Assembly: GCA_951406725.2 (NCBI GenBank)
Contig: OX597818.1
Coordinates: 118,854,001 to 118,918,000 of the forward strand
Direction: 5' to 3'
Source: Octopus vulgaris
Lineage: Eukaryota
Length of the DNA stretch: 64,000 nucleotides
The position numbers and the translations under genes are program-made. Shown here piece after piece: positions 42,748 to 64,000 of this stretch. Position 1 is the stretch's first letter, and each line of letters opens with the position of its first letter. The notes under the pieces were generated by a model. The model saw only the letters and a list, made by a program, of their open reading frames with translations, had not been told where the DNA came from and made no database searches.

Positions 42748-45700
42748 ATGTCCAGAGCTTGGAAACGTGATGAACTGGTGTGGTTCCTGCGAGGATGGCA
42801 ATGCGCTGACGGAGAAAGTCCAAGTAACATAATTGCGGCAGCACTAAAGAACAAAGGATTCAAAAGGACATCAGCACAAATAGAGCGGAAGAGGCAAGAG
42901 TTCGTACGCTCATACGCACTTGTCAGATCGCACATAAACACACTGGATGCCATTTTTAACAGCGAAAAACGCGAACAAAGTAAAGATGGCAAGGATGGAG
43001 ACGTGGGCGCAGATGAGGAGGGTCACCCCCACCTGGTGGACGCCCAGGAAGAAAACTCCAGCGAGAGGCCTGCCCGGGAGGTGAACCCAGGTACGGATGC
43101 TCCTACCGGCTCCAAAAGCCGTGGACATGGAGATGAAGAGGCCAAAAAAAGAGGAAAAACTGAAGCTAAAACTCAGACAAAGCCAAGGGACAAGGCAGCC
43201 AGGGACAGAGGCAAACCTAACTGTCCATATGCCAAAAAGGATGGAAACAAGCAGCGCACACGGGTATGTAGGTTCTACCTGAGAGGTGCCTGCCGGCATG
43301 GAGAGGAAGGTGCAGGCTGCCGCTTTGCACATCCGGGACCCTGCCACAGAAACCAACCACCGAAAGGAAATGGGATGGACCACGCATCACCGCCCCAAAA
43401 CGGAGGTACGCAGATGTGGTGCGTACCACAAACCACCAACGTGTTGTTGAAAGGGCAGCTGCTGAGCAGGAATCTTTTTGTGCATGGCACAAAAGATTGT
43501 ACAGCAGCTAACCTGGCTCCATCAGGCTCAGGCTCGCAGATGGAACTGCCCACGGTTCACAAGACCGCCACAGCAGATGGACCCAGGGTGGACACCACCG
43601 GCAACAGCATACACCTCACCTCGATGCTCCTACTGAACATCAGAGGACTTACTAACACACAGTAACAGGACAAAAGTCCCGTTCCTGAGAGACTTTGTCG
43701 CATGCAATCAAGCCTTATGCATAGCACTCACAGAAACGCATCTGAAACCGGACATAGCAGATGCGGAATTACACATACCACAGCATGTTGTACTACGGAC
43801 CGACAGGAAAGAAAGAAGTCATGGAGGAGTTGCTATGTACATCCGTGGGGACCTCACACCCCAGGTCCTTTTGTCATACTCAAACTCGGTGTGTGACACA
43901 CTAATTGTACACATAAGGCAACTTGATGTAGTTGTGTGTGCTACATATCGCCCTCCAGATGCCCCAAGTCATATGGGCAAGTTTGAGGACTGCCTTTTAA
44001 AAATAGAAGAAGTTCTAACCACATTAGAACAACACATAAGTGTACTTCTCATGGGAGACTTCAATCTACCGAATGTCAGATGGCCCGAGGGCCTTTCTCT
44101 CCCAGGAATGACAAGATGTGAACGAGGACAGGCGAGGTCCCTCCCTGAACCTCACCAACACCCTGTACATGGAGCAAGTAATACTCCAACCAACCAGAGC
44201 GGGTAACACACTGGATCTCTGCTTCACAAATAATATGGATCTCATCCATAATGTGAAAGTGACACCGACACTACTCTCGGATCACAACATGGTAGAGCTG
44301 ACCATGTACGGGCCAAAGAGAGCACGGACATGCAGCCTACAAGAAACCCTCAAAGTCTTTCCAGCTTGAACTTCAATAAGGCAAACTGGAAACAAATTGA
44401 GAAAGAGATCCTCAAACAAAACTGGCCTGAATGTCTCTCCTCGCCGGACATCGACATGATACTTCAACAATTCATGTCTGTAATGCAAGCCATATGCTAC
44501 AAATGTGTCCCAGAGAGAAAGGCCACTGTACACAAGAACAAAATCCCCAGAGAGAGAAAAATTTTAATGAGACGGCGCACAAAAATCTCAAATCGCCTAA
44601 ACAAACAAATTGAAAGCAGTGAAAAGTCCCGCCTGAAAATAAAACTGTTGGAAATTGAAAATTGTCTGCAACTCTCCCATGAGAAGGAAAGAGCAGACAA
44701 AGAAGCCTGGGCTATAGACAACATAAAAACTAACCCCAGAGCTTTCTACAGGTATGCCAAAGAAACAGCTACGGTGCACTGTAGGATAGGGCCACTCCTC
44801 TGAAAAGGATGGCACACTCACAGGAAAACCAATGAGGGTAAGTGAAATACTGAATGAACAATTCAAGAGTGTTTTCACTCCACCCCTTGGGCATTTCCAA
44901 ATCAGCAATCCAACTGACTTTTTTACCACTGCAGATATAGAATCAGAGGCGGCGACGTTAAATTACATCGATATAAAGGAAGATGATGTAATAAAGGCTA
45001 TAGATGAAATGAAAATAGACTCAGCTATTGGCCCCGATGGATTCCCGGCAATCCTCCTAAAAGTATGTAAGAGAGTCTTAGCAAGACCACTGCAGTTCCT
45101 CTTTCAGAGCTTCCTTGCAGCTGGCAAACTTCCAAGAAAACTGAAGGAAGGTAAAATATGCCCTATTCATAAGGGAGGTAGCAGAGCGGAGGCCAAGAAC
45201 TACAGACCTATCTCTCTGACCTCACACATCAGCAAGGTCATGGAACGAATAGTCAGAAGGAAACTAATCACCTTCCTTGAAGAAAATGACTTGCTGCCTG
45301 ACACCCAACATGGTTTCCGACCAGGAAGAAGCTGCTTAACTCAGCTCCTGCAGCACTATGACTGGGTGCTGAAACAACTGCTCAACCACTCAAATGTGGA
45401 AGTCATATCTCGACTTCGCAAAGGCCTTCGATAAAGTCGATCATGGAATGATATGTCACAAACTGCGTGATCTTGGCATAGTTGGAAAACTAGGAGAATG
45501 GTTTCACGACTTTCTGAAGAATAGAAGTCAGGTGGTAGTAGCCAATGGGGCCACTTCCATTAGCACGCAAATAGTGAGCGGTGTTCCACAGGGCACTGTT
45601 TTGGGACCACTACTGTTCATAATGGCCCTCTCAGACATGCCCTCAGCCACGCGGAGAGCCACGATCACAAGTTATGCAGATGATACAAAAGTTTCACAGG

Positions 45701-46585
45701 CAATACAGAACCCTGAAGACACTAGGCACCTGCAATATGAGCTGGACGAAATTTACAAGTGGGCTGAAAAGAATAGCATGCAGTTCAATGCTGAAAAGTT
45801 TCAAGCTTTATACTATCAGCATGCAAAACTGAATGCAATACCCAAGAAATACACTGGACCCGGAGGGATTGCAATCCCAGAGGCACAATCAGTGCGTGAC
45901 CTGGGTATTCACATGAGTGATGACGCGACCTTTCATGTACATGTTGCTAAACTGACAGTGAAATGCAGACGCCTGGCTGGATGGATTCTTAGAACCTTTA
46001 GAACAAGAGAACAAGAAACCATGATGGTCCTCTGGAAGACACTTGTCCTAAGTCACTTTGACTATTGCTCTCAGCTATGGTCACCATCCAGTGTCAAGTT
46101 GATCACAGAACTTGAGGCGATCCAACGAAGCTACACGAAGAAGATAGCCTCTATGCAGAATGTAAGCTACTGGGAAAGACTCAAGAGATTAAAATTATAT
46201 TCCCTGGAGCGTAGGCGGGAAAGATATGCCATAATATACATCTGGAAGATCCTGGAGGGAAGTGTCCTGAACTTTGGCATCGAGAGTTACGCAAACGCCA
46301 GAAACTGGGCGCCACTGCGTGGTGCCTAGGACTCCAAACTTGCCATCAAGATGTAGGACAAGATTCTGTGATAGCCTGGGCTTCCGAGGCCCACAGCTCT
46401 TCAATATCCTCCCGATGAACCTGAGAGACCTGCATGGGGTGGATACAGATGTCTTTAAAATGGAGCTGGATCTCTTCCTGTCAGGTGTCCCAGATGAACC
46501 AACTTCACGGCAGGAGGGACAGATGAGGGCAGCTGCATCGAACTCTCTCATGCACCAAATAGCAGTTGCTAAAAAGCCTCCATGA
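42748..46585 (+). pseudogene. Family B polyprotein (~1280 aa once frameshifts are corrected): Myb-like, CCCH, APE, RT
   Basis: MSRAWKRDELVWFLRGW...RTSAQIERKRQEF; CRFYLRGACRHGEEGAGCRFAH; reads in frame into APE motif LLLNIRGL; later [27 protein letters not shown]. Several 1-2 bp indels. Confidence 0.88.
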
Positions 46586-46670
46586 AGTGAAACCAAGTAG
46601 CAACACCAAATGGCGGTGCCCCAGCATGGCCACAGCTCATGAGCTGAAACTGGAATCAATCAATCAATCA

Positions 46671-51537
<4,867 letters not shown>

Positions 51538-54500
51538 CTTTGATACTTTGATACTTTGATAGGTTTCGGCCATTATTGGCCCAGGCCATGTCTAACTTAA
51601 TAGCACCACCTGGTGAAGTCTTTCAAGTCAGAATTTGGGCACTATGGCCCACTCAAGTAGAGAGTTATTGTTTACAGAGACATATCCGGGTGTAGGGGGT
51701 TTATCCGGGATTTCTTGAAGGAATCTGTCCAAAGACTTCTTGAACCCTATAGGGTCAGTTTCTGTTTTAATGTGTTTTGGTGTAATGTTAAAGAGAGCGG
51801 GGCCAATTGAGGTGAAATAATTGTGCCGTATTGTTGTTATGAGATGAGAGTGCGATTTTTGTTTTGGGCGGATGGCACGGGGCCCAAGCCTTGGATGTAC
51901 CTTAAAGGTGATGCCAACATCATTTGGGCAATGCTGATGGAATATTTTCCACATCATGCAGATGATGTAGCGCTCATGACGACGTTGGAGAGAATAGAGT
52001 TTTAGCTTTTCTAGTCGACCCCAATAGTCGAGGCCTGTCATGCCATCTATCTTTTTTGTGATTGCCCTTTGAGGTGCTTCGACTTTTTTGATACCTTTTA
52101 TTGTGTGGGGAGACCACAGTGGACAACAGTATTCAAGGTGGGGTCGGGCAAAAGTGGAGAAGAGAAGGATAATGGTGTGGATATCTCTCGACTGGAAAGT
52201 TCTGAGAATCCAGGAACACATTCTGCGGGCCATGTCAACTTTGGTGTTTATATGAGTGGCCCAGCTTACGTTGTTGTCCACAATTACTCCCAAGTCTCTG
52301 ATGTTGTTGGACGCCGCGAGAGTTTCACCTGAAGGAAGGGAGTATGGGAGTTTCAGGGCATCCTCTTTTCCAAAGTGGATTAGCTCAAATTTATCCTCGT
52401 TCAGCAGCATATTGTTTTTTTCTGCCCATTGGATAACAGCCAGTAGATCTGACTGAAGGCATGTCCGGTCACTCGCCTCATTTATGACCTTCTGTAGCTT
52501 GGAGTCATCTGCAAAGATTTTTATGTTGCTGTGCTTGATGATGTCATTAATGTCATTAATGTAAATGATGAAAAGAAGTGGGCCCAGCACAGTGCCTTGC
52601 GGAACGCCACTACTGACTTTGGCTGGGCTTGATTTTACCCCTTCAACTACAACATGTTGAGATCTGTCTGTCAGGAAACACTTAATCCATTTCAGTAACT
52701 TTCCAGAGACACCAATGTTGGATAGTTTTTTCAATAGGATCTTGTGATCGACCCTGTCGAAGGCCTTACTGAAATCAAGGTAGATGACATCGGTGTTGGA
52801 GCCCTCTCCCAAAGCTCTCAAAATGTCCTCAAAGTGATGCAGGAGCTGCGTTAGGCAGTCCCTTCCATTACGGAACCCATGTTGGTTGGAGATCAGCCGT
52901 CTGTTGCTTTCCAGAAATTGGGTTATTTGAGATCTCACCACCCTCTCAAATACCTTGATGATATGAGAGGTGAGTGAGATCGGACGGTAATTCACTGCAA
53001 GGGACTTGTTTCCCTTTTTGAAAACTGGGACAACAGACTGGGACAGAAGGTTTTTTGGAATATAGCCAGCATCCAGTGAGTTTCTCCACAGATTAGCAAG
53101 GGGAGATGCAAGTTGGTGTCGACACACCTTCAGGACACAAGCAGGGAACCTATCGGGGCCTACTGCTGAATTGTGTTTTATTTCGTTTATCGCCGCTAAG
53201 ACATCAGGGGCACTAAACGTTATGCCCGATATAGTGTGTTGGGGGTTGACATCACTGATACAGCCCAGATCGGCCATATCAGGATTGCTGAAAACAGAGC
53301 AGTATTGTTTCTGCAGTATCTCGGCCATGGATTTGGCATTATCTTGGAGAGTGCCAGTTTCGTCAATTAGAGGGCCTACAGTGGAGACAGTGACCCTGCG
53401 TTTCCTCGCAAATGAAAAGAACACTTTGGGGTTGAGTTTGATTTTTTCAATGGCCCACTTCTCCTCAGCTGATCTTTGGTTATTGATGAGGGACTTCATG
53501 CATTGTTGGAGGTTATATTTTTTGGATTCAAGCAGTGCGATAGCCGTCGAATGTGTGTGTTGCTGTTGGCAGTACTTTAGTTTGTTAATTTTTTTGTTTG
53601 TTCTTTTTATTTTTCTGATAATGGTTTTTCTGTTTTGGGGGATTCTGCACTTTTTGTTCACAGGTCTTGGTGGGGAGTGTTTTGCACATATGTCTGTGAC
53701 GGTGTCTACAAAGATCTGCCAAGATGTTTTATGGTTGGTGGAGATGTGTGTATGTGTAAAGGACCAGTCAACATTTGATAGCTCGTTCCTGATTGCATCC
53801 CAGTTGGCTTTATGGAGATCCATGTTGTCAAATGGGTGGGCTGGAGGAAGGTCACTAGGATTAGCTTTCGGCTGGTGGAATTTCATGTTACAGAGAACCA
53901 TGTCATGGTCTGAAAGAAGGGTTTTTTCCACTGTAACGTTATGTATAGTGTTAGTGTGGTTACTAAACACTAGGTCCAAAATGTTCTGATGTCTTGTTGG
54001 TGCAAGGACAAGTTGGGACAAGAAAAACTCATTCGTAAAGTCGAAAAGTGACTCTGCTGCTTCTTTGTCAGCGGTTGAGGCGGGAGTGCTTGGTTTCAAA
54101 CAGTTTGTAGTCCAGTCAACACAGGGTAGATTGAAGTCTCCCATCATGAGTATGTTGCTAGAATGGCACTGTTGAATAAAGCACTTAATGCTGTTGAGGC
54201 ATTCTTTAAAGCACAGTATGGGTGTTTGGGGCGGCCTATAGAGCCCAATTACTGTCAGATCATTGGCTTTGTTGTGCACGGTGACTGATTCACAGTAGCC
54301 GTTGGAGAATATACTATTTCCATCTGCCGTAAATGAATCATGCAGGAAAATGGCAGTTCCACCCTTCCTCCTGCCGATACGATCCGCGCGGATGGTTGTG
54401 AAATTCTTCACTCTCACTTCGGCTTCCAAGTGGGAGTTGTCAAGGTGGGTCTCAGTGAGAATGAAGAAAGGGATGTGGTGTGAATGGTTACCAACCCAGT

Positions 54501-56186
54501 CTTCAATGAATTGGACCTTCCATTTTTGTGCATTGATGGAAGGGCTGACACCTTGTGCATTGAGTAGGAATGTGGAGGTTAGTGTAGTGGCTGGTTTTGA
54601 CTGTTGCAGGGGGCTTGGATTTTTTGTGTGTGTTAGTGGCAGCAATGTGGGGAATTGGTGCACTGGGGTAATAGCATAGGATGGTGTTGAGTGATGGCTA
54701 GAATGTTTTTGTGTATCTCTTTTGCCATGTTCAACATGGCTAAAAAAGAATTTTCCTGCTTAGGGAGCAGTTTTTGGCTGGAGGTGTGGTTGCACTGTTG
54801 GATAGGGTTGTAGTTTCCACTTTTGTTGTTGTTGTTTTTGTGTCTTCCTGAAAAGACTGGACCAGCATTACTGCAGCATGGTGTGTTTCTATTTTTATTG
54901 TTATTCAGGTTTGTGTGTTGGCTCGAGGCCCCGTTTCTGTTTGTGCGTCGGGTCCCTGGAAGATGAGTGAAGGGACAGTCACTCAGTAGACATGTTCTCT
55001 CACGTTGGGAATACCGGCAGATTTTGGGACTCCGAGTTGTGTGTGTTTTGAATTTCGATTTACTATTTGGTGGTGTTGATGTTATTGTGGGATGCGTGCT
55101 TTGGCCTTGGCCAGTAGTGCGTCTAGTGCCGGGTAGATGCGTGAAGATGCAGTCACTATTTGTGCAGAGTCTCTGGCGCAGTGAATAGCGGCATATTTGG
55201 GGATTTCTTGTTTGTGCCGTGGGGGGCGCATTCTGCTTCCTATGTTTCTTTAAGTTTTTGTTACTGCAGTAGTATTGAGGTGGTGATGTGGGGGAAGAGG
55301 GCAGTGGTTTCTTATTTGGTTTTCTGTTGGTATTTTTGGTGATAGAAGACGATGGTGGCAGCGGTGGTGATGATGATGATGATAATTGTGGTGGTTGCTG
55401 TGAGAGCGGTGAAAAGATACTGGCATTTAGTGAATCGTCTAGTAAGCTAGAGTTGAGGAGTGGCTGTTGTTGTTCTTGTTGCTGTGGCTGTTGTTGTTGT
55501 TGTTGTGCCTGACCGATGTCAGGGTCAGCCATTGTGTTGGGAACCAGGAGTGGCTCATTCTGTTGTTGTTGTTGTTGTGGCTGCTGATTTTCTAGCTGTT
55601 GTTGTTCTTGAACTGTGAAAATATGTAGAAGCTTTTCATAATGGCCTCTTATCAGTTTGAAAGATACTTCGATATGTTTCAACTTGCTACGAATCTGTTT
55701 GACGGATCGTGTGTTGACCACTTGTGATGTTTTTTCGGCAATCTCATTCAAACACAAGACATTTAGATTTTCTGTTTGGGAAAGAGAGAGCCATGTGTTT
55801 ATTAAAACATCAATTTCGTTATCAGACCAATTTCGTCTGTTGCAGGCCTGCAAGTTAGTCATGTTTGTTTTTCTTTTGTTTGTTTTCCTTTTGATTTTTG
55901 AAAATATATATATTCTTTCTTGGAAGTTAAAGAAGTGTATATATATATAAATGTTCTCTCTTAAGGGTGTGAGTTTTTGATTATTTGGTTGTTTGAGGAT
56001 ATTAAAAGAAAAACAGGTGTATATAACAATTTGTAGTTAAATGAAAACGTACTTACGGGTTTGTAGGCAAACACGTGGTTACAAATATATATATATTTAA
56101 GGTCAGTTAGTTTTGAAGCTGTGTAGCTTGCTACTGACTCGGGAGAGAAACAAATAGACGTCCGTCCAGTTCAACAGTTAATCCAA
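51538..56186 (-). mobile_element. Family A full-length copy A9 (~4.65 kb), nearly intact
   Basis: 5' UTR ~325 bp; ORFs 54633..55862 and 51628..54663; tail (TATCAAAG)3. Confidence 0.97.
51628..55862 (-). CDS. Family A polyprotein (~1410 aa): Myb-like, CCCH x2, APE endonuclease, RT; one homopolymer frameshift at ~54745
   Basis: 409-aa and 1011-aa ORFs are split only by an A6 run that is A4 and in frame in copy A1; APE catalytic motifs (ETHL, GDFN, SDH) and RT FADD are intact. Confidence 0.88.
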
Positions 56187-57100
<914 letters not shown>

Positions 57101-57715
57101 TTTTTGCCCGACCCCACCTTGAATACTGTTGTCCACTGTGGTCTCCCCACACAATACAAGGTATCAAAAAAGTCGAAGCACCTCAAAGGGCAATCACAAA
57201 AAAGATAGATGGCATGACAGGCTCGACTATTGGGGTCGACTAGAAAAGCTAAAACTCTATTCTCTCCAACGTCGTCGTGAGCGCTACATCATCTGCATGA
57301 TGTGGAAAATATTCCATCAGCATTGCCCAAATGATGTTGGCATCACCTTTAAGGTACATCCAAGGCTTGGGCCCCGTGCCATCCGCCCAAAACAAAATCG
57401 CACTCTCATCTCATAACAACAATACGGCACAATTATTTCACCTCAATTGGCCCCGCTCTCTTTAACATTACACCAAAACACATTAAAACAGAAACTGACC
57501 CTATAGGGTTCAAGAAGTCTTTGGACAGATTCCTTCAAGAAATCCCGGATAAACCCCCTACACCCGGATATGTCTCTGTAAACAATAACTCTCTACTTGA
57601 GTGGGCCATAGTGCCCAAATTCTGACTTGAAAGACTTCACCAGGTGGTGCTATTAAGTTAGACATGGCCTGGGCCAATAATGGCTGAAACCTATCAAAGT
57701 ATCAAAGTAAGTAAG
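57101..57715 (+). mobile_element. Family A 5'-truncated copy A10
   Basis: Same truncation point and same variant tail as A2. Confidence 0.95.
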
Positions 57716-57719
57716 TATA

Positions 57720-57811
<92 letters not shown>

Positions 57812-57817
57812 TATATA

Positions 57818-62335
<4,518 letters not shown>

Positions 62336-63590
62336 TGATTGATTGATTGATTGATTGATTCTAGTTTCAGCTTATGAGCTGTGGCCATTCTGGGGCACCG
62401 CCATTTGGTGTTGCTACTTGGTTTCACTTCATGGAGTCTTTCTAGCAACTGCTATTTGGTGCATGAGAGAGTTCGATGCAGCTGCCCTCATCTGCCCCTC
62501 CTGCCGTGAAGTTGGTTCATCTGGGACACCTGACAGGAAGAGATCCAGCTTCATTTTAAAGACATTTGTATCCACCCCATGCAGGTCTCTCAGGTTCTTC
62601 GGGAGGATATTGAAGAGCTGTGGGCCTCGGAAACCCAGGCTATCACAGAATCTTGTCCTACATCTTGATGGCAGGTTTGGAGTCCTAGGCACCACGCAGT
62701 GGCGCCCAGTTCTGGCATTTGCGTAACTCTCGATGCCAAAGTTCAGGACACTTCCCTCCAGGATCTTCCAGATGTATATTATGGCATATCTTTCCCGCCT
62801 ACGCTCCAGGGAATATAATTTTAATCTCTTGAGTCTTTCCCAGTAGCTTACATTCTGCATAGAGGCTATCTTCTTTGTGTAGCTTCGTTGGATCGCCTCA
62901 AGTTCTGTGATCAACTTGACACTGGATGGTGACCATAGCTGAGAGCAATAGTCAAAGTGGCTTAGGACAAGTGTCTTCCAGAGGACCATCATGGTTTCTT
63001 GTTCTCTTGTTCTAAAGGTTCTAAGAATCCAGCCAGCCAGCCGTCTACATTTCATTGTCAGTTTAGCAACATGTACATGAAAGGTCGCGTCATCACTCAT
63101 GTGAATACCCAGGTCACGCACTGATTGTGCCTCTGGGATTGCAATCCCTCCGGGTCCAGTGTATTCATTGGGTATTGCATTCTGTTTTGCATGCTGATAG
63201 TATAAAGCTTGAAACTTTCCAGCATTGAACTGCATGCTATTCTTTTCAGCCCACTTGTATATTTCGTCCAGCTCACATTGCAGGTGTTTAGTGTCCTCAG
63301 GGTTCTGTATTGCCTGTGAGACTTTTGTATCATCTGCATAACTTGTGATCGTGGCTCTCTGCGTGGCTGAGGGCATGTCTGAGAGGGCCATTATGAACAG
63401 TAGTGGTCCCAGAACAGTGCCCTGCGGAACACCGCTCACAATTTGTGTGTTAATGGAGGTGGCCCCATTGGCTACTGCCACCTGACTTCTAATCCTTCAG
63501 AAAGTCATGAAGCCATTCTCCCATTTTCCAACTATATATACGCAGTTTGTATATATATATATATATATCAAAGGCCTATATATATCACTT
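62336..63590 (-). mobile_element. Family B (subfamily 2) 5'-truncated copy B8
   Basis: 350-aa ORF 62429..63481 with YADD; (ATCA)n tail; 5' end fades into TA. Confidence 0.94.

Positions 63591-64000
<410 letters not shown>

Noticed and set aside
54633-55862. Separate ORF1 with a programmed frameshift in family A
   Set aside because: The break lies in a homopolymer whose length varies among copies; three of four copies are in frame there.

Overview
Eukaryotic, AT-rich, gene-free window, probably from an octopus (inferred from a recalled SINE; not verified). It is a dense cluster of 18 copies or fragments of two related APE+RT non-LTR retrotransposon families of the CR1/L2 group: family A (10 copies, 3' tail (TATCAAAG)n) and family B (8 copies, 3' tail (ATCA)n). 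Every element end visible in the window abuts a (TA)n-type array of roughly 0.1-3 kb, and copies lie in both orientations. Both families appear to encode a single ORF: N-terminal trihelix Myb/SANT-like domain, CCCH zinc finger(s), APE endonuclease, then RT. This points to a (TA)n-microsatellite-targeting LINE system. Both families share a 3' terminal motif with a SINE lying in the only non-cluster segment (24.6-29 kb), which also holds an internally deleted mariner. The contig left of the 100-N gap looks like a noisier duplicate (part direct, part inverted) of 39-57.7 kb, so copy number and many frameshifts may be assembly artefacts.
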